Shown: in pieces, positions 22,189 to 34,400 of the stretch
Layout: each line of letters begins with the position of its first letter
Numbering within the stretch: position 1 is the first letter of the stretch
Assembly: GCA_002269645.1 (NCBI GenBank)
Contig: NIVC01000511.1
Location: 156,023 to 220,022 of the forward strand
Source: Macrostomum lignano
Lineage: Eukaryota
DNA length: 64,000 nucleotides
Direction of reading: 5' to 3'
The notes under the pieces: generated by a model
Told to the model about the DNA's origin: nothing
Database searches by the model: none
The model's input: only the letters and a program-made list of their open reading frames with translations
Made by a program: the position numbers and the translations under genes

Positions 22189-23019
22189 ATGCAGCCTGGC
22201 GACGAAGTAGTGATAGTTTACAAAGGCGAGGACGCCCTCGGCATCGTAGAGCGCTGCGATCCCGAGCTGGACTCTGTGCTTGTCAGCCTCACGCTGTCGT
22301 CTGGCGCCCGGATTCAAACTGTGCGCCGCCTGGCCGATTGCCTGCCACGCGCTGTTGCCGAAGCCGCCGCTGCGGCTGAAGCTGCGGAGAACAGCCAAGC
22401 GGACGATGCTGACGAGGACGAATTCGAAATTGACATCGAGGCCAGCCAGCAGCATCCGCAGCATCAGAGTCGCGCTGTTGGATTCTCGGCACCAATTGGG
22501 GCAAACCAAGCGCTTGATTCGCCGCGATTGCGTCCGCAGCAGCAGCAGCAGGCTCTGCACATGTACAGCTGCAGTGCCCCGCCCTCCGCGCCGCCTCCAG
22601 TCTGCTGCGCCAGTTTAGCCTTGCCGCTCAGCGTCAACGTCGGCGCCGGGAGTGGCGCATTTTTTGGCGGCTTCGCCGTCTCGCCGTTTCGCCTGTCGGC
22701 TTCGTCCTCGTTTTCGTTTCCTCCTCCGGCCGTTTCGACTGGCGGCGGAGGCAGAGGCGGCGGTGCAGGCGGCGGCCCGGAAGACCCGCAACAGCTGCTG
22801 GCCGTGACCCCGCCGTCGTCATTGTCGTCCTCGTTCTCTGGCGGCGACGCCTCCTCAGCCTCGCTAACGCCGCTGTCGCCGCGCGGCAAATGCCGCCGAA
22901 TTTATGGCGTTGATAACCGGAGAATGTGGTGCACGCAGTGCCGCTGGAAGAAGGCCTGTACAAGATTTAAGCCGGCCCAGACCATGCTGCCCGCTCAGTC
23001 CAGCACTGGAATGCAGTGA
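22189..23019 (+). CDS. ZNF395: ZNF395/ZNF704/SLC2A4RG (HDBP, Glut4EF) family protein with C-clamp (CR3) domain, 276 aa, single coding exon
   Basis: C-terminal [27 protein letters not shown] matches the family CR3/C-clamp (KCRKVYG....WCTACRWKKAC.RF). N-terminal [20 protein letters not shown] resembles the ZNF395 N-terminal domain as recalled. Confidence 0.85.
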   Translation: MQPGDEVVIVYKGEDALGIVERCDPELDSVLVSLTLSSGARIQTVRRLADCLPRAVAEAAAAAEAAENSQADDADEDEFEIDIEASQQHPQHQSRAVGFSAPIGANQALDSPRLRPQQQQQALHMYSCSAPPSAPPPVCCASLALPLSVNVGAGSGAFFGGFAVSPFRLSASSSFSFPPPAVSTGGGGRGGGAGGGPEDPQQLLAVTPPSSLSSSFSGGDASSASLTPLSPRGKCRRIYGVDNRRMWCTQCRWKKACTRFKPAQTMLPAQSSTGMQ

Positions 23020-24527
23020 GCCAATTGGCCCTCTGTTCGTGTGCTCCAGCAGCTTTGATTTTTGTTTGTTTCGTTGTTTTTCACACTTTAGCGACTGTCA
23101 CACTCTTGGGTTGTGTTTATTAAAAGCAATGGTTAATACAAACCACAGATGGTGTAGAATGTAGCCATAAGACTTTTCGGAAATTTCCCTAAAGTGCATG
23201 ACATAACAAAGTATCGACGTTAAGCAGAAATCAATGGCCAGAGAGATTGCATGTGCAAGTGTGTAATAAGCACAGTACCTCGCAGTGTTTTAAGATCCGC
23301 AAAACTATCCTTGAAACTATTTGGCATATGAATATCAAACAAGTGACTTTATAATTTTATAAATTTGGTGCTACTATTAGTAGAAGTGATAAAGCAAAAC
23401 AAATATTCATTTTTTTGCGCGCATATCTGCTTCGTGTAATCTAATCGCCTCCTGCGCTCTTTCACGCTATATATAAAGGCAAGTTTATTTTATTACATAG
23501 ATTGATATTTATTCTTCCACTCTTCGTAAGAATATTTATTTAAATCACCTTTTGGAGCGAATGCCTTTCCTTCTTGTGTGTCTTCTTGTGTCTGCGTTTC
23601 TGTGGGTCTGGTCAGCTGGATCGGTGCTTGCTCAGAGTTATCTGTTATTTTGTTTTAAATTGACACATTTTCATTGTCACAAACTGTAGATACTACTTCT
23701 GGGTTTCGCGCTGCAGTAGAGTTTGAAGAGTTTTAATATTTTTACTGTGTTTGTTTATTCACCGCAGCCCCAGTATATATGATATAATAATAAGTGATTA
23801 GCCGCCATAGCCCCAGTTACCTTCAGCAGATGTCATACCTCCTGCCCGTGTTTGTTTTAATTTACACACACCGGTGCTTTTCAAATTTGTTATACAAAGT
23901 AGTAAAATTCAAAACATGTTTCATCAGATCTTGTCTCATTTTATTGCATTGCTTTTATCATCTAATTATCGTTCATTCCTCAAGTGAGCTCTATGCTCAT
24001 TGGTTCTCATCGTCCCGGTAACTGGGCTCAGATATTCGCTCTCGCTCCTGTCTCCACATTGCATTCTGAGAAGATTCTCCGTTGTTCTATAAGACAGCCT
24101 TTCTGTGATTTTATCCTTGCGTCAGAGTTGCTGCACATTTTCTTGTGTAAAAATATTAATCCGCAAACATGGAGTAAGTTACAGCAAGGACATTTCTTCC
24201 AAACCAATATTATAAATATTTTTATCAGATCACCTTGTTTTGCTGTTTTTCCTGTATAGCAGAGTCTTATAACTGTTGCTTTCTTGATTGCTGCTTGTGT
24301 ACTCTTTCTAGCTATAGTAATATAAATAATATAATATCAAAACTTCTGTCTGCACTTGAAAGAGAGCTTCCTTAGTTGACGAACTGTCACGGATGGAAGT
24401 TCAACGAAAAAGCTTTTCTTTCTGACTTCATTTTTGCATCGAGATTTATTTTTGTTTGCGGTCGAAATTATAACTGCATTCAGGCTTGGAGTTTCGCTGC
24501 TCACAATGCTTGTACTTGCCTGTAGAA

Positions 24528-24906
24528 TCCAACCCAGTGTAGAATCGCCTCTAACCCAGTGTAGAATCGCCCCTAACCCAGTGTAGAGAATCGCCCCTAA
24601 CCCAGTGTAGAATCGCCCCTAACCCAGTGTAGAATCGCCCCTAACCCAGTGTAGAATCGCCCCTAACCCAGTGTAGAATCGCCCCTGCCCTAACCCAGTG
24701 TAGAATCGCCCCTATCCCAGTGTAGAGAATCGCCCCTAACCCAGTGTAGAATCGTCCCTAACCCAGTATAGAATCGCCCCTAACCCAGTGTAGAGAATCG
24801 CCCCTAACCCAGTGTAGAATCGCCCCTAACCCAGTGTAGAGAATCGCCCCTAACCCAGTGTAGAGAATCGCCCCTAATTCAGTGTAGAGAATCGCTCCTA
24901 ACCCAG
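24528..24906. repeat. 22-24 bp minisatellite (CCCCTAACCCAGTGTAG[AG]AATCG)n containing a telomere-type CCCTAA in each unit
   Basis: Direct tandem copies; minus strand reads GGGTTAGGGG in each unit. Confidence 0.9.
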
Positions 24907-24910
24907 TAGA

Positions 24911-25311
24911 CCCATTGAAAATGTTACCGTGGCAAGAATCGCTACGTCATTGCCAACATGACACTTAGTGACTCTAACGTCACTGGATCGACTCTTTAAT
25001 GACTTAAACGACTGCAATTCGACGGAGAGATGACAAGTGCATCACGTGAGTTGCAGGATCGTAAAAAGAGTACAGCACACCTCAGATACAAGTAAGTCTA
25101 CGGCCCCAGAGTCTAGAAGCGCCCCAGAGTCGCAGACAATAAAAAGCTTTAATTGATCTTATGTGACTCTGACGACTTTTATAGCTTACCGTGACATCTC
25201 ATCGTTTCAGTTGTCTAGAGTCACTTCTTTCCTAATTAAACTGTGTTACCTCTGCAACGACTCTGAATTATGACTGTGGCGATTTTTGGCCTAGGTACCA
25301 TTTTCATTGGG
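24911..25311. mobile_element. 401-bp MITE, CMC/EnSpm-like termini, 3-bp TSD AGA
   Basis: CCCATTGAAAATGTTACC ... GGTACCATTTTCATTGGG (18-bp TIR, 2 mismatches); AGA on both sides; the host repeat resumes as AGAATCGCCCCC after the element. Confidence 0.75.
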
Positions 25312-25426
25312 AGAATCGCCCCCTAGCCTCCAAGCGAGCAAGAAGTGGCATACTCTATAAGTATGATTTTATGATCGAGTTCGCAAACATGGTCAAGAGA
25401 AAATAATTACTGCGATAGATTAATTA

Positions 25427-28400
25427 TTAAAAGTCAAGCGGTTTGGCTAGCGAGTCCAGCAGATTCCTGTGCGTCAGCTCTATGCCCCGGCCGCTGCCGC
25501 TGGCGCCGCCCGTTGAAGCGGCTGTCTCCAGCAGCTCGGACTCGATGTCCGCCTTGGATTTGCCCTCGAACGTTGCCAAGCGTCGCACTAGAATTTCCCG
25601 ATCTCTTAGCAGATTCGCGATTCGCTCGCGCATGTGGCGCATGTCCCGGTTGAACTGGCAGCTCTTGGCCCTGATGGCCTGGTCTACGCTCTCCAGCTGT
25701 GAGCTGATGCTGCACTCCAGGTCTGTCTGCACAGCGATATTGTTCAATAGCATCATTGCGGCTGCGTCCTGCTGCTGTTGCTGATGATGCTGATGGTCGT
25801 GCAGTCGGGTCTCCTCCGAGTGATCGGCTCCCAGCGACATGAGCAGACTGTCCCTGTCGCTGGTGTACTTTTGAAGCCTGCGCGAGCGATTTATGTTGAT
25901 GGAAATTTTGAAATTATGCGATTCACGCTGTAGCGATGGTATGGCTTATGCGAAAGCATGGCTTAAGTATTGGAACTTCTTTAAGGCAGCTAAGTTTAAT
26001 TTTTTGGGTTCCAATTATATCCAACAGCCCCAAAAGCCAATCGAGAAGAAATCTCAACTTAATCAGAGAATGGCATCAAGTCTCACAGCTTAATCAGAGA
26101 AAGGCATCAAGTCTCACAGCTTAATCAGAGAAAGGCATCAAGTCTCACAGCTTAATCAGAGAATGGCACTGAAATCTCACAGCTTGATGGGGAATGGCAC
26201 TGAAATCTCACAGCTTAATCAGAGAATGGCATCAAGTCTCACAGCTTAATCAGAGAATGGCACTGAAATCTCACAGCTTAGTCAGAGAATGGCACTGAAA
26301 TCTCACAGCTTAGTCAGAGAATGGCACTGAAATCTCACAGCTTAGTCAGAGAATGGCACTGAAATCTCACAGCTTAGTCAGAGAATGGCACTGAAATCTC
26401 ACAGCTTAGTCAGAGAATGGCACTGAAATCTCACAGCTTAGTCAGAGAATGGCACTGAAATCTCACAGCTTAGTCAGAGAATGGCACTGAAATCTCACAG
26501 CTTAGTCAGAGAATGGCACTGAAATCTCACAGCTTAGTCAGAGAATGGCATCGAACCTCAGCTGCATGAGTGTCACACAGAAGTCCCACAGTTTAGTGAT
26601 AGAATTGCACCAAAATGTGGGCCACAAATTCGCACCCAAGTCTCGGCACGTGTCTTTAATTGCACTTATCATCTCGAATTATCCGGCCAAAGCAGCCGCT
26701 TTGGCTTTGACTTGGCCGAAAGAAAATTTCTAGCCGCGGCGCTGAACTGCTCGAAACTTACAGATTTCAATTTTCCCCTCGAACTTCCCTTCTCCCCCTG
26801 TCCAGTACTTTCCCAGCTTCGCAGTCGCAGCCTCATCAGAGACCATTAGGAAACCGGGCAATCCAATTCCACGAATCGCTACTGGGAGCTTGCTGAATGT
26901 GGGATTTACTTCCTCAGCAGCCTGGCTGAAAAGTCAATTCCACTTTTATTTGTGTTTTTCTGTGACAAAATTCTAGCCAGGGTTTTTGAACCGTTTTTTA
27001 TTTCACATTAGTGATGTTTCGCTGACAAATTAGTATCTATATACGTAAATGGGAAGAGGGAAGGGAGGGGAGATGAGAAACGGAGGCATAGGAGATGGGT
27101 GAGAAATAGTAGATGAGAAACGGGGGGAGCAATGTGTAGAAGGAGGGAGAGATTTGTAGAAGGGAGAGGAGGTGTGTAGAAGAAGAGAGAAGAGATTTGC
27201 AGAAGGGGAGAGATGTGTAGAAGAAGGAAGAGAAGATGTGCAGAAGAAGGGAGAAGAGATGTGCAGAAGAAGGGAGAGGAGATGTGCAGAAGAAGGGAGA
27301 AGAGATGTGCAGAACAAGGGAGAGGAGATGTGCAGAACAAGGGAGAGATGTGTAGAAGAAGGGAGAGGAGATGTGCAGAACAAGGGAGAGATGTGTAGAA
27401 GAAGGGAGAGGAGATGTGCAGAACAAGGGAGAGGAGATGTGCAGAACAAGGGAGAGGAGATGTGCAGAAGAAGGGAGAGGAGATGTGCCGAACAAGGGAG
27501 AGGGGATGTGCAGAACAAGGGAGAGATGTGCAGAAGAAGGGAGAGTAGATGTGCAGAAGGGAGAGGAGATGTGCAGAACAAGGGAGAGATGTGTAGAAGA
27601 AGGGAGAGGAGATATGCAGAAGGGAGAAGATGTGTAGAGGGAGGGAGAGGAGATGTGAGATGGGGAGAGAGTTGACGGTAAGAGAAGTGGTTAAGTATGA
27701 GAAGTGGAGAAAGTGATAAATGAGACATCCAAGAGGTTACAGTGCAGGGCATAACAGAGGCATAAGAGACGAAGTGTAGAGAGGCTGCAGAGGTATCGAT
27801 ATGCTTTGCAGTGTAGTGTTTGGAAAGCAGCAGCTCCTGAACATAAGAGTAGAAATTCTCTGACTCTGAAGAGGCCCATCAATGGCCAAGTTGCACTCGC
27901 CTAGCTGGCGCTGCCCGTCAACTTGACAGGCTATAATTCGAAAGAAAACACATTGCTGTCACAACAACTGCAGCCACTCACCTGAGCGCCACGGGCAGCG
28001 CGTCGCGATTGCACCGCCGCCTCTCCTGCGCCTCCCGGTAGCGGACCAGGTGGCGGTAGACCCTCTGCAAGGCGTTTGGGGAAAGAGTTGCTAGGGCCCT
28101 GGCCATTCGGGGAAAACTAGCTCGAGAACTAACTCATATACACTTGTGCCAAGAAGGGAGCAGAAATCACCCTGGCAGAGTTCCCTAATGGAATCGCCTA
28201 ATGGAATCATCTAATAGAATTTTCTAGTGTAACCCCCATTTGGAATTTCCCTAGTAAAATCCCCTAGTGGAACCCCCTTGTAGAACCCCCTAGTGGAACC
28301 CCCTTGTAGAATCCCCTAGTGGAGCCCCCTAGTGGAGCCCCCTTGTAGAACCCCCTAGTGGAACCCCCTTGTAGAATCCCCTAGTGGAGCCCCCTAGTGG

Positions 28401-31400
28401 AGCCCCCTTGTAGAACCCCCTAGTGGAACCCCCTTGTAGAATCCCCTAGTGGAGCCCCCTAGTGGAGCCCCCTTGTAGAACCCCCTAGTGGAACCCCCCT
28501 TGTAGAATCCCCTAGTGGAACCCCCTAGTGGAGCCCCCTTGTAGAATCCCCTAGTGGAACCCCCTTGTAGAACCCCCTAGTGGAACCCCCTTGTAGAATC
28601 CCCTAGTGGAACCCCCTAGTGGAGCCCCCTTGTAGAACCCCCTAGTGGAACCCCCTTGTAGAATCCCCTAGTGGAGCCCCCTAGTGGAGCCCCCTTGTAG
28701 AACCCCCTAGTGGAACCCCCTTGTAGAATCCCCTAGTGGAGCCCCCTAGTGGAGCCCCCTTGTAGAACCCCCTAGTGGAACCCCCCTTGTAGAATCCCCT
28801 AGTGGAGCCCCCTAGTGGAGCCCCCTTGTAGAACCCCCTAGTGGAACCCCCTTGTAGAATCCCCTAGTGGAGCCCCTAGTGGAGCCCCCTTGTAGAACCC
28901 CCTAGTGGAACCCCCCTTGTAGAATCCCCTAGTGGAACCCCCTAGTGGAGCCCCCTTGTAGAATCCCCTAGTGGAACCCCCTTGTAGAACCCCCTAGTGG
29001 AACCCCCTTGTAGAATCCCCTAGTGGAACCCCCTAGTGGAGCCCCCTTGTAGAACCCCCTAGTGGAACCCCCTTGTAGAATCCCCTAGTGGAACCCCCTA
29101 GTGGAGCCCCCTTGTAGAACCCCCTAGTGGAACCCCCTTGTAGAATCCCCTAGTGGAACCCCCTAGTGGAGCCCCCTTGTAGAATCCCTAGTGGAACCCC
29201 CTTGTAGAACCCCCTAGTGGAACCCCCCTTGTAGAATCCCCTAGTGGAACCCCCTAGTGGAGCCCCCTTGTAGAATCCCCTAGTGGAACCGTTTAGTGGA
29301 ACCCGCTAGTGTAACCCGCTAGTGAAACCCCCTTGTAGAATCCCGGCCCTAGTGGAACGCCCTTGTAGAATCCCGGCCCTAGTGGAACGCCCTTGTAGAA
29401 TCCCGGCCCTAGTGGAACCGTTTAGTGGAACCCCCTAGTGGAATCCCCCTTGTAGAACCCTCTACTGGAATTCCACGGAATCCCCCTAGCGGAATTCCCC
29501 AAGGGAATCTCCAGAGAGCCGTAGGCAAGATAGACATTTTCATTCCGCGTCTTTGTCATGAAGCTATCTAAATCGTGTTTTTACCGTTTCACCGTGTTTC
29601 AAGAGTCAAATCAAGGGTGTCTGCTTATTTAGAAAAATCCTCTCTACATAAACAATGCTGAGGTTCGAGGATCCACATGGCAGATAGAAGGAAGTACGTG
29701 GTGGAAAATTGTTAACTGAAAAAAATCCGTTGGCTAATAGATCATTTATAGGAAATCGGAATTGAGCTATTAGCTATGAAAATGCATCAGGGATCCGGGG
29801 AAATGTTGAGTTTTATAAGCATTGGCTGAAGTTTTTGGACCGTTTTTCATCGTTTTTTTTGCTTTTCCAAATTCAAATTTTAATTATTAGCTATTCGAGC
29901 CTTGATTTTTCCACATATTCTACAATATCTTAGTTTTTGTATTCATTTTTTATTGTAATATTCTGTTACACTACTACATTACATGTAGCAAAATGTCAGA
30001 AAGTTAAACATAGGGCTGCTACAACACAATTAGATTGCATGCTGTCACAGATATCTTCAATCACCCCTTCGGATCATGCAATTATTTTCCAGGACTGGTC
30101 CGCCAACTTGCTGCTTCACCGGACCATCGCTGCTCAATGTGGCTCTCCCGCTCCCTCTCCCTAGCTCCCTCTCCCTCTCCCGCTCCCTCTCCCTAGCTCC
30201 CTCTCCCGCTCCCTCTCCCTAGCTCCCTCTCCCTAGCTCCCTCTCCCGCTCCCTCTCCCTCTCCCTAGCTCCCTCTTCCTCTCCCGCTCCCTCTCCCTCT
30301 CCCGCTCCCTCTCCCGCTCCCTCTCCCGCTCCCTCTCCCGCTCCCTCTCCCGCTCCCTCTCCCGCTCCCTCTCCCGCTCCCTCTCCCGCTCCCTCTCCCG
30401 CTCCCTCTCCCTCTCCCTCTCCCGCTCCCTCTCCCTCTCCCGCTCCCTCTCCCTCTCCCTCTCCGCTCCCTCTCCCTAGCTCCCTCTTCCTCTCCCGCTC
30501 CCTCTCCCTCTCCCGCTCCCTCTCCCGCTGCCTCTCCCTAGCTCCCTCTCCCGCTCCCTCTCCCACTCCCTCTCCCGCTCCCTTTCCCGCTCCCTCTCCC
30601 TAGCTCCCTCTTCCTCTCCCGCTCCCTCTCCCTCTCCCGCTCCCTCTCCCGCTCCCTCTCCCTAGCTCTCTCTCCCGCTCCCTCTCCCTCTCCCTCTCCC
30701 GCTCCCTCTCCCTAGCTCCCTCTCCCTAGCTCCCTCTCCCGCTCCCTCTCCCTAGCTCCCTCTCCCTCTCCCGCTCCCTCTCCCTAGCTCCCTCTCCCTA
30801 GCTCCCTCTCCCGCTCCCTCTCCCTAGCTCCCTCTCCCTCTCCCGCTCCCGCTCCCTAGCTCCCTCTCCCTAGCTCCCTCTCCCTCTCCCGCTCCCTAGC
30901 TCCCTCTCTCGCTCCCTCTCCCTTTACCTCTCCCTCTCCCTCTCTCGCTCCCTCTCCCTCTCCCTCTCCCGCTCCCTCTCCCTAGCTCCCTCTCCCGCTC
31001 CCTCTCCCTCTCCCGCTCCCTCTCCCTAGCTCCCTCTCCCGCTCCCTCTCCCGCTCCCTCTCCCTCTCCCGCTCCCTAGCTCCCTCTCCCTAGCTCCCTC
31101 TCTCGCTCCTTCTTCCTTTACCTCTCCCTTTCCCTCTCGCTCTCCTTAGCTACCTCTCCATCTCCCTCTCTTTTTTCCTCTCCCTAGTCCCCACCCTCCC
31201 TCTTCCACTCTCTTTCCGTAGCCCTATCTATCGCTCGATTGGTTTATCTCTGACGCATCTAAGAAAATCCACCAACCAAAATAAAATGGATAAAGAAAGT
31301 AAATTTTGACTCCAAATTTGGCAACATCTCCCAACCCCCCCCCCCCAGGGAAAGCGCATGCAAAGTGCTAAATCAGGATGACTCAGAGCTGGCCCTCCAC

Positions 31401-34400
31401 GAACCTGGCTGATTGGCAGGCAGCAGGCGGGGTTCACCCTGACCTTGCGCAGCAGGGGGAACAGGGCAAAGTACAGCAGGAACTCCGCGGCTGCTGTGGC
31501 ACCAGACAGCAGAACTCCGAAGCAGAAGAGCAGCAGCGGGCCCGCGAAGTTGGTGGGCGTGAGGCGGACTTTATTCTGCGGGTGGTTGAGGGGGTGGGTT
31601 CCAGCACATCCCCTCTGTGACTCCAGCACATTCCCTCACCGACTCCAGCACATCCCCTCTGTGACTCCAGCACACTCCCTCTGTGACTCCAGCACATTCC
31701 CTCTGTGACTCCAGCACATTCCCACTGTGACTCCAGCACATTCCCTCACCGATTCCAGCACATCCCCTCTGTGACTCCAGCACATTTTCTCACCGACTCC
31801 AGCACATTCCCTCACTGACTCCAGCACATCCCCTCTGTGACTCCAGCACATTTCCTCACCGACTCCAGCACATCCCCTCACCGACTCCAGCACATCCCCT
31901 CACCGACTCCAGCACATCCCCTCACCGACTCCAACACATTCCCTCTGTGACTCCAGCACACTCCCTCTGTGACTCCAGCACATTCCCTCTGTGACTCCAG
32001 CACATTCCCTCTGTGTCTCCAGCACATTCCCACTGTGACTCCAGCACATTCCCACTGTGATTCCAGCACATTCCCTCACCGACTCCGGCACACTCCCTCT
32101 GTGACTCCAGCACATTCCCTCTGTGACTCCAGCACATTCCCTCACCGACTCCAGCACACTCCCTCTGTGACTCCAGCACATTCCCTCTGTGACTCCAGCA
32201 CATCCCCTCACCGACTCCAGCACATTCTCACTGTGACTCCAGCACATTCTCACTGTGACTCAAGCACATTCCCACTGTAAATCCAACACATTCCCACTGC
32301 AAGCCGAAGCACAGTTACTCGGAAATATTCAAGGTCGAGTTTCAAGCAGCCGGTTGAGCACACAGAAAAGCACCCAGCGGTCCGCCCGGCAGCTGACCAG
32401 CTCCAACTCCTCATAACCTGTCGCTCTCGGTAAACAAAGCAGGGCCCAGCAAACACAGCGACTGCAGCTCAAGTCTCTCCCATGATGCCCGCCAGCCTCG
32501 GGCCCGCGACTGCTGGGCGGCCAACTTCAGGAATTTCGTCGGCCCCTCCCCCCGCCGCCAGCTGTCGAGGCTGCTGAAGAACTTTCAGTTTAATAGCACG
32601 CCAGGAAGAAGAGAGGCCAGCGGACTCGGGAAATATGTGTTTGCCCATCATCCGCCTCTCCTCTGGAACATCCCCCCTGCTCGCTCATTCACTCTCTGTG
32701 CTCGTGTGTGCCTAAGCTAGTAGCTAGCAGAGCCGGGTTCCTGAGCAGAAAACTGACGAACAATATGACTGTTGAAAAATCGATCTATCGAATACCAGAT
32801 TTTTAGCATTGACGCTTTAATTGGAAGAACGGGTGATCTTGTTTCTTAGAAATTCTCTGAAGGCAGGCTTAGCTCAAAAAAATCACTACGGAGACAGGAA
32901 TGGCTCATTTCTTCCGTTTCCTCGTAATAAGGGACTCCATTTTTCGGTTTTACAGGGTGTACAGCAGCCCTGACTTTCTAATGGTCAAGCATCCTCATGG
33001 CTGCGAATCGCACAACAACCCCACCCTCCTGGCAACCACCTGCCGCATCTCACATGTCTAGTAGTTGCAAAGGTCGTGACTGACACATAGCATAGCAACG
33101 CTCTGCACTCACCACGTGAGGTCGCTTGTCCTTTCCCGGCACCACTTTGGTCCACAGATCGATCTTCTGCTTCATCTGGTCGGTGAAATCGTTGGTGCCG
33201 AGCAGGTTGGTGAGGGTGGCGGTCAGGTCCTGGCCTGCCTCTCGCAGCTCCCTGCTGAGTGCGGCGGTGTAGCCAACCCTGCCGAACGGTTTGCCAACCA
33301 ATTCCACATTGTAGGTGTGGTTGACTCGCAGCAGGTATTGCAGCAGCTCAGTGTCGTATAGGAATGCCCCTATGCTGCCTTTTCTGTGGGGTGAAAAATT
33401 GTCACATCTTGACTTGCCTCTCGATTTAGAAAATCGATTACTACACGTGGCATATTGAATAGGTTTTTGAAAAAGTCATTGAAAGTCACAAGGTGTCCAC
33501 TGCGCCGCCCCAAAACACAACCGTTAGAAGCCATTGGAAGTCACAAGGTGTCCACTGCGCCGCCCCAAAACACAACCGTTAGAAGCCATTGAAAGTCACA
33601 AGGTGTCCACTGCGCCGCCCCAAAACACAACCGTTAGAAGCCATTGGAAGTCACAAGGTGTCCACTGCGCCGCCCCAAAACACAACCGTCAAAAGCCATT
33701 GGAAGTCACAAGGTGTCCACTGCGCCACCCCAAAACACAACCGTCAAAAGCCATTGGAAGTCACAAGGTGTCCACTGCGCCGCCCCAAAACACAACCGTC
33801 AAAAGCCATTGGAAGTCACAAGGTGTCCACTGCGCCACCCCAAAACACAACCGTTAGAAGCCATATTGGAGGTGTCCAATGCGCAACCCAAAAGACAGGC
33901 ACTGTATGCCCACTCTCACCCTAGGGCCGCCATGGCCTCCTCAGCGGTGTCAAAGAAGCTGAGGTGCTTCACCAGGTGATGGTAGGTTCTGTTCAGCTCA
34001 ATCGCTGTGCCGCTGCCCCTCACGGTGCCCAAACTGATCTGGCCGCTCTGAATCTGCAAACATTCGGGCAACTGGAGGTCAGAGGCAGTGCAGTGAGTGA
34101 CGCTGCAGTACTATAGTAAGTTAGAGTACAGTATGTAGTTAAACTGCAGTAACATGGATAGCCACTCAACAGTAGATGAAAAGGAAAAGCTTGATTTTTA
34201 TCTGGAACTATCGCTTTTCTCACTTCGAGCAGCATTTGTTATCAAAATAACGCTTTTATACAAACCAGACCAGTAGAATATGATCATTCGCCCACACACT
34301 ATGCCCATTCACCCACGAACTATAACCACTAACCCCACAGACTATGTCCATTCACGCTACATACTATGCCCATTCACCCTACAGACTATGCCCATTCACC

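Noticed and set aside
23500-24500. Protein-like minus-strand stretch downstream of the C-clamp gene
   Set aside because: Multiple stops and no identifiable domain; cannot be called a pseudogene.
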